In this document: in pieces, positions 1-8,022 of the stretch | How positions within the stretch are numbered: position 1 is the stretch's first letter | How the letters are laid out: the number at the start of each line of letters is the position of its first letter | Assembly: GCA_963705375.1 (NCBI GenBank) | Contig: OY970071.1 | Location: 60,001-92,000, forward strand | DNA length: 32,000 nt | Direction: 5' to 3' | Source: Candidatus Saccharimonadota bacterium | GTDB lineage: Archaea; Micrarchaeota; Micrarchaeia; Micrarchaeales; Micrarchaeaceae | The notes under the pieces: model-generated | What the model was told of the DNA's origin: nothing | What the model saw: the letters and a program-made list of their open reading frames with translations, nothing else | Databases searched by the model: none | Program-made: the position numbers and the translations under genes

Positions 1-231
1 ATATTCAATTTCTTGCTCATTAAGGGGATCGACATTCTCTGCAGCATGCATCAAAAGAGCTTCTCGTGAAGTGAGTGGCTCGGCAGCAGCCGCATCATCG
101 TTTTCCATACTGTGGTCGTTTCCTTGTTCTTCTATCGCTGCTGGCGCAGGACCGCTCGTATTTTGTGGTGTGCCTTCCTCCTTGTTGTTTTCGGCATTGC
201 CCTTACCATGATCTTTTGTTGCGTTTGGCAT
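1..231 (-). CDS. Hypothetical protein, 5' part only (gene runs off the left edge); acidic low-complexity N-terminus
   Basis: My own translation of the minus strand from ATG (complement of cat 229-231) stays open for 77 codons to the window edge (MPNATKDHGKGNAENNKEEG...NEQEIEY). An A/T-rich TATA-like tract (complement of 243-260) lies just upstream. No recognisable domain. Confidence 0.4.
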   Translation of the reverse strand, partial: MPNATKDHGKGNAENNKEEGTPQNTSGPAPAAIEEQGNDHSMENDDAAAAEPLTSREALLMHAAENVDPLNEQEIEY

Positions 232-341
232 TGTATCTGAGTATATAATATATATTGCCAGATATTTAAGCATTACTCTTCGTTACCGTCTATACACTAT
301 GTTTTGTGATTTTGATAAATGCCCATTTTGCCCGAAAACTA

Positions 342-1013
342 ATGGCGACTTCCTATTGGGTGACAGATAGAGATAAGTATGGTCTCTATCATACATATCC
401 TGTTCAATGCGTGGTTAAAATGGCTGACCTGCTAAGCAATGACGTGTACGAGTATCTGTCGTACGTGATCGGAAGGCTATCTTCAATAACACGATACAGC
501 ACAAGGAAGTTCATCATACGACAGACCGTGATGGAGCACATCGGGGATGTCGCATTCATTTCGATGGTGCTATCCGAATACCTAAACAACCAAGGTGTAA
601 AGAACGATTCTGGCAAGGTGCTGAAGTTGGCGCTCATACACGACGTTCCAGAAGCGATAAGTGGCGACCTGCCTCACGATTCGAAATACGACTATGGCAA
701 AGTGAGCGATGGGCTTCGAAAGCAGCTAATCGCGCTTGAGCGGGTTACTATGAACTACTCCCTGTCCAAGTTGAACGACAAAAAGACGTCACGGTCGATA
801 TATACGCTTTTCGAAGAATACACTGCAAGGAATACTGTCGAAAGCAAGATAGTGAAGCTCGCGGACCTCTATGATGTCATGCTCTACACGCGGCAGGAGA
901 TGAACATGGGCAACATGTCCCTGCTTAACGAGTACAATGGCACCAAGCGCGAATTCAAGACACTGCTCAAAAGCGTTTGCGGCAATTCTAAGGTTGCAAA
1001 AGCTCTTGTTTGA
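342..1013 (+). CDS. HD-domain phosphohydrolase (YfbR-like 5'-deoxynucleotidase family)
   Basis: ORF 306..1013. Contains MEHIGDVAF and LIHDVPEAISGDLPHD, the H...HD...D metal-binding pattern of HD phosphohydrolases. Start uncertain: ATG 342 lies ~25 nt downstream of a TTGATAAAT box; ATG 420 (MADLL...) would give a ~197-aa protein. Confidence 0.8.
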   Translation: MATSYWVTDRDKYGLYHTYPVQCVVKMADLLSNDVYEYLSYVIGRLSSITRYSTRKFIIRQTVMEHIGDVAFISMVLSEYLNNQGVKNDSGKVLKLALIHDVPEAISGDLPHDSKYDYGKVSDGLRKQLIALERVTMNYSLSKLNDKKTSRSIYTLFEEYTARNTVESKIVKLADLYDVMLYTRQEMNMGNMSLLNEYNGTKREFKTLLKSVCGNSKVAKALV

Positions 1014-1959
1014 CCTGCTTCCTGCTTTCCAACATTGGTGCTGCGGAATACCCTGCCCGTTGCAGGTTTCTGGATAGTGCCTCTGCCTCATGCCCGTATG
1101 TAAAAATGCGCCCTGCGCCAGTCGCGTCTATGTATTCTGTGCATTGCTTGAAGTCTGCATGATCGCTTAGCGCGAACTGCACATCAGTATCGAACCTAAA
1201 CTTCTTTGCAAAACCGGTCGCTACGGCCGTGAACACGCGTTTTCCGTGAACTTTGCCTAGCGTGCCACTGAGCTCCCTCAAATCGCGGGAATCCGTTACG
1301 CCCACGAAATTGTCCTTGACTATTTCCTCATAATCACTGTCTGCATCGTATGCCGATGCGTACTCTATGTTTATTCCCCAGTCACGGTAAACCCTGCTTG
1401 CAGTGCTTATCTTCCTGCTCACAAGCGGAGTCACGCCTATTTCGTTCAGCAGCGCTATTATCTCCTGAGACTTCCCCATCGCGTATGCGCTGAACAGCAC
1501 TATTCCGCGGTTTAGCTTGCTCTTTGTCCAGTCCTGAAGGCAGGATTCGACATCGCTTCTGTCATCGAATCTCATATCAGGTTCAGGATACGTTGAATCT
1601 ACTATTACAGTGTCTGCACTTGCTATCTCGATGTGCTTCGCTGTTCTTGACTCTTGCATCTTGAAGTCGCCGGTGTATATGGTGCGGTTTCCGCTTTCTG
1701 TGTTGTCTATGCAGAGCTGCTTTGCTCCTAGCATGTGCCCCGAATCAAGCATGCTGAACTGGGCATTGTCGCCCACTTTCAGTGTCGAATGCGCTCTGCT
1801 CTCTTGGCCTAGAAGCTGCATGGTCTCGTCACTAGCCAGTATGTACTGCGCTGACTTTACAGCTGATGTGTGGTCGCTGTGAGCATGGGATATGAAGTCA
1901 AGGTCGCTCCCAGACTCCCTTCTGTCTAGCGCTATGTTCATGTTATTGACGCATAGCAT
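988..1959 (-). CDS. Metallo-beta-lactamase-fold hydrolase, beta-CASP-like (short mRNA 3'-end-processing-factor/exonuclease-like family)
   Basis: 323-aa ORF. HxHxDH motif (ISHAHSDH) near the N-terminus; later SGHMLGA, VDSTY and LSDHAD motifs in the order expected for MBL/beta-CASP enzymes. Its 3' end overlaps the convergent HD gene by 26 nt. Confidence 0.8.
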   Translation of the reverse strand: MLCVNNMNIALDRRESGSDLDFISHAHSDHTSAVKSAQYILASDETMQLLGQESRAHSTLKVGDNAQFSMLDSGHMLGAKQLCIDNTESGNRTIYTGDFKMQESRTAKHIEIASADTVIVDSTYPEPDMRFDDRSDVESCLQDWTKSKLNRGIVLFSAYAMGKSQEIIALLNEIGVTPLVSRKISTASRVYRDWGINIEYASAYDADSDYEEIVKDNFVGVTDSRDLRELSGTLGKVHGKRVFTAVATGFAKKFRFDTDVQFALSDHADFKQCTEYIDATGAGRIFTYGHEAEALSRNLQRAGYSAAPMLESRKQVKQELLQP

Positions 1960-2029
1960 TCTGTCGCCAGCGCTTATTATCTGGGAAGCTTTTAATTACT
2001 TGCGCAGTCAATAGCTCTGCAGTGTTTGT

Positions 2030-2965
2030 TTGCCAAAAGTCGAGGACGTTATAATAGTGGGATCCGGCCCTGCAGGGTATGCCGCAGCAATCTATCTGTC
2101 AAGGGAGGACTTCGTACCTCTTGTAATAACCGGTGTCGAGCAGGGTGGTCAGTTGACGCTTACGAGTGTTGTCGAGAACTATCCAGGCTTTCCTGAGGGC
2201 ATACTTGGCGCAGAGCTCATGTCGCGCTTCAAGGCGCAGGCTGAGCGGTTCGGTGCAAAGTTGCTGGATGAAAGCGTGATAAGTGTTGACTTTTCAGCCA
2301 AACCTTTCAAGGTCGTTTCGGATTCAGGCACGCATCTTGCAAATAGCGTCATACTCGCATCAGGTGCATCTGCAAAATGGCTCGGCCTGGCATCTGAGAA
2401 AAAATATATAGGTAAGGGCATCAGCAACTGTGCCACATGCGACGCTCCGTTCTACCGGAACAAGAGTGTGGTTATAGTTGGCGGTGGAGACACGGCGATG
2501 GAGGATGTGCTCTTCATCTCCAAGTTCGCGAGCGACGTGACAATTGTGCACAGGCGAAACGAGTTCAGGGCGAGCAAGATAATGCAGGAGCGCGTCATGT
2601 CGAACAGCAAGATAAAGATTGTGTACGACAGCGTGATAGAGGATGTCATCGGAGAAGGCAAGGTCACGGGTGTCAAGGTGCGAAACCTTAAAACCAACGA
2701 GCTTTCTGTTCTGAAGACTGACGGCTTGTTTGTTGCGGTAGGCTACACGCCTAACACCGGATTCCTGCAAGGCAAGCTGAAGCTGGACGATCAAGGCTAC
2801 ATTGTGGCCAAAGATGAGGTTCTGACTGATGTCGATGGCGTGTTCGTTGCCGGTGACGTTGCCGATAAGGTCTATAGGCAAGCGATCACTGCTGCTGCAA
2901 GCGGCGCAAAGGCAGCGTTGGCCGCAAGGTCACATCTTCAGAATCTGAAATATGGTAAAGGTTAG
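2030..2965 (+). CDS. trxB: Thioredoxin-disulfide reductase
   Basis: 311-aa ORF. FAD GxGxxG (VGSGPAGYAAAIY), redox-active CATCD, second dinucleotide motif VGGGDTAMED, C-terminal GVFVAGDV. TTG start at 2030. Confidence 0.93.
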   Translation: MPKVEDVIIVGSGPAGYAAAIYLSREDFVPLVITGVEQGGQLTLTSVVENYPGFPEGILGAELMSRFKAQAERFGAKLLDESVISVDFSAKPFKVVSDSGTHLANSVILASGASAKWLGLASEKKYIGKGISNCATCDAPFYRNKSVVIVGGGDTAMEDVLFISKFASDVTIVHRRNEFRASKIMQERVMSNSKIKIVYDSVIEDVIGEGKVTGVKVRNLKTNELSVLKTDGLFVAVGYTPNTGFLQGKLKLDDQGYIVAKDEVLTDVDGVFVAGDVADKVYRQAITAAASGAKAALAARSHLQNLKYGKG

Positions 2966-2978
2966 TATAGGTGTTAAA

Positions 2979-3803
2979 ATGCGCAAATGTATGTTTGCTG
3001 GAAGTTTCTATCCTGCCACAAAAGGTGACATACTGCGGCTCATAGACGATGCCATGACTTCTGCCGAAGTCGATCCGAAAGCAGTCGAGGATGCAGTGGC
3101 GTACGTCTCTCCGCACGCCGGATATGCGTATTCTGGAAGGACTGCGGCATTCACATACAAAGCGCTTCAGCACAAAAAGGGCCTGGAATCTGTCGACACT
3201 GTGGTGATTGTTGGGCCCAACCATACAGGTCAGGGTGCACCTATCGCAGTTTCACTATTAGACTGGGAGACTCCTCTGGGTGTCGTGCAAAACGACATCG
3301 CCTTGTCGAACGCGATCGCAGCCACACCGGGAATATACCTTGATGAAGATGCCCATGCAAACGAGCATTCCATTGAAGTGCAGCTGCCGTTCCTGCAGCA
3401 CATCCTTCCTGAAAAGAAATTCTGCTTCGTATGCCTTGGAGACCAGACTGTCGGTTCCAGCGAACTTCTTGCAGATGCGATACTAAAAGCGTCACTCGCC
3501 ACTGGCAGGAAGATTGTTGTGCTTGCCAGCTCCGATTTTGATCATTACGAATCTGCAGATATTGCGAAAAGCAAAGACATGGAGCTCATAGATGCACTGA
3601 AGCGCATGGATCACATCACGTTCAACAGACTGGTCGGAACGCTTGGTGACAGCATATGCGGCTTTGGTCCGATAACTGTTGCAATGCTTTTCGCAAAAGG
3701 CGTCGGCGCACATTCTGGACTGGCTCTTGATTACTCGAACTCCGGCTATTCTACAAAAGACCATTCAAGTGTCGTGGCATACGCGTCAGTAGTATTCGTA
3801 TGA
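2979..3803 (+). CDS. MEMO1-family protein (AmmeMemoRadiSam system protein B-like)
   Basis: ORF 2952..3803. Family motifs FAGSFYPA, SPHAGYAYSG, VGPNHTG, HSIEVQLPFLQ. ATG 2979 (MRKCMFAGSFYP) fits the usual N-terminus. ATG 2952 would overlap trxB by 14 nt. Confidence 0.85.
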   Translation: MRKCMFAGSFYPATKGDILRLIDDAMTSAEVDPKAVEDAVAYVSPHAGYAYSGRTAAFTYKALQHKKGLESVDTVVIVGPNHTGQGAPIAVSLLDWETPLGVVQNDIALSNAIAATPGIYLDEDAHANEHSIEVQLPFLQHILPEKKFCFVCLGDQTVGSSELLADAILKASLATGRKIVVLASSDFDHYESADIAKSKDMELIDALKRMDHITFNRLVGTLGDSICGFGPITVAMLFAKGVGAHSGLALDYSNSGYSTKDHSSVVAYASVVFV

Positions 3804-3840
3804 TCTCTTAGTTGTGTGTGGATCCTGCCTTGTCTGGACT

Positions 3841-4215
3841 TCACATGTACCCTAGCGACCTCAGCTTCTTCACCATCTGCTCTTTCTGGTCGTCTTTTTT
3901 AACTTCAGAGACTATCTCCTTCTTATTCAGGACAAGCCTTTCCAGGAATCTTGCTGCGCTTTTTATCTTGGTGCCTTTTTTGTCATAAAGTGGCACGCGG
4001 AACATGGACTTGTGGTGTGAATCGTAAAGCACGGCATACGCCCGCCTTTTTTCTACGCCTGCAATTCCTGTCGGGTCAAATACGGAATAGTACTTTACGT
4101 TTGCGCTCTTTGTCATTCCTGCAAGGGTCTCCCAATTTTCCTCCGTAGGATTATCGTTCAGCTTCTTTGCCGTCTCTTTTATCGTTGCCATCTGATCGGA
4201 TCTCTTATACGACAC
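3841..4215 (-). CDS. Hypothetical lysine-rich 124-aa protein immediately downstream of rfcS
   Basis: Intact ORF on the same strand as rfcS with a 14-nt gap, so probably co-transcribed. No motif I can assign. Confidence 0.55.
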   Translation of the reverse strand: MSYKRSDQMATIKETAKKLNDNPTEENWETLAGMTKSANVKYYSVFDPTGIAGVEKRRAYAVLYDSHHKSMFRVPLYDKKGTKIKSAARFLERLVLNKKEIVSEVKKDDQKEQMVKKLRSLGYM

Positions 4216-4229
4216 GTATCTGAACTACT

Positions 4230-5192
4230 CTAGCGCACTGGCTTAAGAAGCGCGATGCTAGCAAGCATGGCCTCCAGCTGTATGCGCTCGTTCGCACCCT
4301 CGACCACCCTGAAGTTGCATTCGCCTATCTCCTTTATGATTCCAAGCTTCATGCGCTCGTCAATACCTATGTTCTGCACTTCTTTGTAGCACTGCATCAG
4401 TATGTCTTCTGCGCTCATCCCGTGCATTATCATCAGTTTGTCCAGCTCGCTTCTCGCCTTCGCCATGTCTGCGGACACTGCGCACTTCAGCATCGCAACC
4501 ACCTCATCCGGCCTTGCCCTTGACGCTATGTTATACACACTTGCTTCTGTGACCTTGGTGCTCTGTATGGCTGCGCTCTGCAGCACGTTTAAGAGCTTTC
4601 TCAAATCGCCATCACTGACGTATATCAGAGCTTCCACCGCCTTGTCATCCATCTCAAGATTCTCCCCTTCTTTTATGCGCGTTATGTACCTCCTCATCTC
4701 TTCCTCTACCAAGGGCTTGAACCTGAACACCACGCACCTGCTCTGTATGGGCTCGATTATCTTGCTCGCGTAGTTTGCGCTCAGTATGAACCTCGTCTCC
4801 GCTGCAAACATCTCCATGGTCCTTCTCAACGCGTGCTGTGCATCCCCCGTAAGTGCATCCGCTTCATCAAGGAATATTATCTTCGTGGGTACGCGTGCGA
4901 CCGAGATCGTCTTTGCAAACTCTTTCACTGCGCCCCTTATGACGTCGATACCACGCTCGTCAGATGCGTTGAGCTCTTTGAATGCGCCATCAAGTTCTCC
5001 TTTGTATAGCTCGTTAGCCATGGCTACCGCACAGGTAGTCTTGCCTATGCCTGGAGGCCCTGCGAATATCATGTTCGGGAAGTTCCCTCTTGAAATGAAC
5101 GAACTGAGTCTTTCTACGATGAGTTTCTGCCCGATGACCTCCTTCAGGTTCTTCGGCCTGTACTTTTCAGTCCACGGAAGGTCCATTCTCAT
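4230..5192 (-). CDS. rfcS: Replication factor C small subunit (clamp loader)
   Basis: WTEKYRPK box, Walker A GPPGIGKTT, Walker B/DEAD-like IFLDEADALT, SRC motif (IQSRCVVFRF). The track ORF extends to 5414, but homology starts at MRMDLPWTEKYRP (ATG 5192) and A/T-rich TATA-like boxes lie 20-45 nt upstream. Confidence 0.93.
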   Translation of the reverse strand: MRMDLPWTEKYRPKNLKEVIGQKLIVERLSSFISRGNFPNMIFAGPPGIGKTTCAVAMANELYKGELDGAFKELNASDERGIDVIRGAVKEFAKTISVARVPTKIIFLDEADALTGDAQHALRRTMEMFAAETRFILSANYASKIIEPIQSRCVVFRFKPLVEEEMRRYITRIKEGENLEMDDKAVEALIYVSDGDLRKLLNVLQSAAIQSTKVTEASVYNIASRARPDEVVAMLKCAVSADMAKARSELDKLMIMHGMSAEDILMQCYKEVQNIGIDERMKLGIIKEIGECNFRVVEGANERIQLEAMLASIALLKPVR

Positions 5193-5263
5193 GCAATCAC
5201 AAGAAACAATAATATTTAGCAAAGGCATTTTAATAAGCTTTCCTAATATATTGCATTGTCCTC

Positions 5264-5336
5264 GGGGGGCTACGCTAACCTGGCAGACTACCAGCCTTGG
5301 GCGCTGGCGATCGGAGTCCAAATCTCCGGCCCCCCA
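5264..5336 (+). tRNA. tRNA-Pro (anticodon UGG)-like gene, 73 nt, with aberrant D-stem and T-loop
   Basis: Hand-folded. Acceptor GGGGGGC/GCCCCCC has 7 perfect bp plus discriminator A. Anticodon stem CCAGC/GCTGG with loop CTTGGGC (UGG, G37). T-stem CGGAG/CTCCG. D-loop AACCTGGCA contains GG. However, only 2 of 4 D-stem pairs form (CGCT vs GACT), the T-loop reads TCCAAAT (C at position 55), and the variable loop is 4 nt. No encoded CCA. Confidence 0.55.
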
Positions 5337-5565
5337 GCTCTGCTTTTTGTCGACGGAGAGTGGTTGTTTGTCGTCGATATGAGATTTGTACTCTGCTATC
5401 AATTGGCCCACCACGTCGAATGACTATGAATGGCAGTGAATGCCATCAGAACACATGAGTGCGTGCCAATGGCGCGAGTAGCAAACGAAAAACAACATAG
5501 AAAAAGATGTCCCTGTTTGAACCACTGAATGGCACAGAACGACATGCGAAAAACGCCAGGAAAAG

Positions 5566-5573
5566 GTATATAA
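5566..5573 (+). promoter_or_regulatory. TATA-like box (GTATATAA) upstream of the Gly-rich micro-ORF
   Basis: Sequence aaaaggtatataagggtt lies ~33-40 nt upstream of ATG 5606. The spacing fits an archaeal promoter with a short leader. Confidence 0.3.
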
Positions 5574-5605
5574 GGGTTCACGACAGAGTGTAAGTTAGTG
5601 AAATT

Positions 5606-5659
5606 ATGTTTGGAGGCGGATCTGGAGGAGAAGGCGGAAGCGGCGGCGGAGGAACATAG
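5606..5659 (+). CDS. Candidate 17-aa glycine-rich micro-ORF (MFGGGSGGEGGSGGGGT)
   Basis: ATG followed by a strictly 3-periodic GGN tract and TAG, with a TATA-like box upstream. Too short for any statistical support. Confidence 0.2.
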   Translation: MFGGGSGGEGGSGGGGT

Positions 5660-5744
5660 TCTTAGACGTTCCTGAGCGAAGGCCAATATAAGCCAGTTTG
5701 GCAGTAGATTTTTTGTATCCTTTCACTTTTTACTAAACGTATAG

Positions 5745-7214
5745 CTATTCCTCTAGAGGCATACCTCGTATGTCCAACCTGACCGGTTGTTTCTTGGTTC
5801 TGTTTGGCTCAAAATAATTTGCTTTAGTGGCTGGTTTCTTCTTGTATTCATTTTCAAGTATGCGCTGCTGGCTGGAATATGTGTTGTCGTATAATCGGTA
5901 GCACAGGTCGCCTATTATCGTTTCACTTGCCATCATGGCATAGACGTTTGTGCCGCCTATGCGTTTTAGCTGCGCCACAGTTCTTTCTAACGTTTCCTCA
6001 TGGGTAACCGGCATGATAAAAATAACACCGCACGGCGTGTTTATGTCGCCCACAAGCACATATTTGTTTACGGGCTTATTGTCCTCTATTATGTCAGATA
6101 GAAGCTCTTGCCTGCTCTTTACGAAAGCATCACGCTTCACCCAATCCATGCAGATTATTGCGACATATCTTATTTGGGGCGTTTGCATCGTCAGCGTAAC
6201 CCTTTTTATTGTGTTGTTTGCAGTCAGTTTGTTATATGTATAATCAGACCTGCCCTTGTCAAAACCGTATTTCTTGTCTATCTTTGTGAATTCGCAACTG
6301 CCGTCGCGATTAAGTTCTCGCAGAACATGGAATTCTCTGGGAAGCAACTGCCCGGGCACTGGCCGGGAATTTTCTTTGCTCTTCTTCCATATCCTGCGTT
6401 CCAGCACGTTGAAAAACTCATCCCGTAGCGGGATATAACCGTACGTCCTATAGAAGGGTGATACGTACCACAGCGCATTGTACGACTTGAACACAGTAAG
6501 CTGAAATTCATAGAGTGCGTTTTGCGCCGCCCATTCGTAATATTTCTCGGGCAGATAATTGCTCTCAGCCACGAAATATATGAAAAGATCATATTTGCCG
6601 TGGACGGCCATTGCGAGCTGCACACGGGGAAATTTGGCCAGTTCTTTTCGCATCTCGTCGATGTTGGGAACTTTTCCTTCAAATTTCACGAATATTACAA
6701 AATCGACAAATTCCAGCTTGCTCGTATATACCTCGGACAGGTACCTGATGCCATATTTTTCTTCTATCTTCTTGACGTGGTACTCAGCTGCAGAATTGCT
6801 CATTCCTGTCATTTTGGCTATGAAAGGGACCGATGCGCGCCCGTTCATGCTGAGTATCCGGAGTATGCTCTCCTCGCTCTCGTCTATGGTCTCTTCTTGA
6901 GGTGGTCGGTCGCTGGCAAGTGCCTCATGTTTTTCACCGCGCCATATAACCTCGCCACCGTTGCGTGAAATAATGGCCTGTGCCCTCTCGAGGTCGCCCT
7001 TGATTGACGTTAGTTTCTTGACGAATGTGCCGTCCTCGGCTATTTTTCCCAGATATTTGGCAGTTATCTTCGGTCTCTTCTTTTCCTTGTCCCACTTGCC
7101 CGTCTGCCTGTAGACGTAGTAATTTCTGCCTATCTTTTTCAGCGCGAGGAATACGTCTGATTGTGTCTTCATTCGTTCGTACGTTTCCTGCACGGCTTTC
7201 GGCGCTGCTGGCAT
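5745..7214 (-). CDS. Tandem Lrp/AsnC-like transcription regulator (two HTH+RAM-like modules) with a basic N-terminal extension
   Basis: 489-aa ORF. Module 1: ILRILSMNGRASVPFIAKMTGMSNSAAEYHVKKIEEKYGI (HTH), then FVIFVKFEG...VQLAMAVHGKYDLFIYFVA (RAM-like). Module 2: FHVLRELNRDGSCEFTKIDKKYG...KLTANNTIKR, then YVAIICMDW...YVLVGDINTPCGVIFIMPV. N-terminus: GRNYYVYRQTGKWDKEKKRPKITAKYLGKI. Confidence 0.75.
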   Translation of the reverse strand: MPAAPKAVQETYERMKTQSDVFLALKKIGRNYYVYRQTGKWDKEKKRPKITAKYLGKIAEDGTFVKKLTSIKGDLERAQAIISRNGGEVIWRGEKHEALASDRPPQEETIDESEESILRILSMNGRASVPFIAKMTGMSNSAAEYHVKKIEEKYGIRYLSEVYTSKLEFVDFVIFVKFEGKVPNIDEMRKELAKFPRVQLAMAVHGKYDLFIYFVAESNYLPEKYYEWAAQNALYEFQLTVFKSYNALWYVSPFYRTYGYIPLRDEFFNVLERRIWKKSKENSRPVPGQLLPREFHVLRELNRDGSCEFTKIDKKYGFDKGRSDYTYNKLTANNTIKRVTLTMQTPQIRYVAIICMDWVKRDAFVKSRQELLSDIIEDNKPVNKYVLVGDINTPCGVIFIMPVTHEETLERTVAQLKRIGGTNVYAMMASETIIGDLCYRLYDNTYSSQQRILENEYKKKPATKANYFEPNRTKKQPVRLDIRGMPLEE

Positions 7215-7390
7215 AAAGTAATTAGTATCTAATTAGATATTTAGTTCTTATGTTAATCAGACGATAGCATAACATAAGCTATTTTGATAGATATCACGAT
7301 TATCACATAAATTCGACATATAACGCGCACAGATTCTGTTATGATTTGCACATGTCCATATATACCACGTGCGACGTATAATATGCCCGT

Positions 7391-7402
7391 GGTGGGCGAA
7401 TG
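7391..7402 (+). repeat. Copy 1 of exact 12-nt direct repeat GGTGGGCGAATG (ends in the ATG of small ORF-a)
   Basis: Identical 12-mer at 7577-7588. GGTG could pair with the archaeal 16S 3' end (anti-SD). Confidence 0.6.
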
Positions 7403-7570
7403 GAATGGGAAGATGCAGACTACAATTCAAATTCGCGTCCTGAATCAAATCCCAAGGTAAGCATTCACCCATCTTGCCACATAGGTCTCCAAACCACTTC
7501 GGCAGCGGGAGAGTCGGTCTCGCTGCCATCCCTTTTAAGGAAATCTCCGGAATTTTTAAGAATCTCTTGA
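7400..7570 (+). CDS. Candidate small ORF-a (56 aa, MEWEDADYNSNSRPESNPKVSIHPSCHIGLQTTSAAGESVSLPSLLRKSPEFLRIS)
   Basis: My own translation; it falls below the 60-aa cut-off of the track. Its start is embedded in repeat copy 1. Its stop TGA 7568-7570 overlaps ATG 7570 of the next ORF (TGATG). It contains a 7-bp hairpin (7501-7527), so an RNA role is equally possible. Confidence 0.25.
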   Translation: MEWEDADYNSNSRPESNPKVSIHPSCHIGLQTTSAAGESVSLPSLLRKSPEFLRIS

Positions 7571-7719
7571 TGCTTGGTGGGCGAATGAATCCAATAAGAT
7601 CGTGGATGGAAAGGAAGAGGCTTGCGCAGGATGCGCAGGCGAATGAGCAAAGGCCTGTGAAATGGGTCAAGGAAAGTGTGAACTCATGGAGGGTCGTGTA
7701 CTCTGACTGCGTCGAGTGA
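7570..7719 (+). CDS. Candidate small ORF-b (49 aa from ATG 7570, or 44 aa from ATG 7585: MNPIRSWMERKRLAQDAQANEQRPVKWVKESVNSWRVVYSDCVE)
   Basis: 3' part of track ORF 7474..7719. ATG 7585 is the end of repeat copy 2. Stop TGA 7717-7719 overlaps GTG 7716 of the RAM-domain ORF (GTGA). Confidence 0.3.
   Translation: MLGGRMNPIRSWMERKRLAQDAQANEQRPVKWVKESVNSWRVVYSDCVE
7577..7588 (+). repeat. Copy 2 of exact 12-nt direct repeat GGTGGGCGAATG
   Basis: Identical to 7391-7402. Ends in ATG 7585-7587 within small ORF-b. Confidence 0.6.
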
Positions 7720-8021
7720 ACGGTGCCGGTGGGTATGTGAAGAACGCAGCAAATAAAGCGAGAAGAGCGAAGCGCATCTCCGGGCGTTTCGGGTTCGTGT
7801 TCATCGATCCCAAGGAGAATGCCGATGCAAATGTTGTCGCGGAGAAACTGATTTCGATCGAGAACGTGGAAGAAGTGTTCGTCACAGAAGGCGATTACGG
7901 CTACCTGGTGAAGGTGCGCCTCGATGACGAAACGGACGGCAAGAAGTTCCTCGAGTACATGAAGCGGAATGTTTCGCCGCGGCTTGGGTCTGTCACGAGC
8001 TATTATTCGATAAAGAGGTAA
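7716..8021 (+). CDS. Stand-alone RAM (Lrp/AsnC ligand-binding, ACT-like) domain protein
   Basis: 101-aa ORF. FGFVFIDPKENADANVVAEKLISIENVEEVFVTEGDYGYLVKVRLDD fits the beta-alpha-beta-beta-alpha-beta RAM pattern with no HTH. GTG start uncertain (in-frame GTG 7737 is an alternative). Confidence 0.7.
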   Translation: MNGAGGYVKNAANKARRAKRISGRFGFVFIDPKENADANVVAEKLISIENVEEVFVTEGDYGYLVKVRLDDETDGKKFLEYMKRNVSPRLGSVTSYYSIKR

Positions 8022-8022
8022 A

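Noticed and set aside
5193-5414. The 74-codon N-terminal extension of the RFC ORF (track ORF 4230..5414)
   Set aside because: RFC homology begins at MRMDLPWTEKYRP (ATG 5192). The extension runs through A/T-rich promoter-like sequence and across the tRNA-like gene on the opposite strand. It has no protein-like features.
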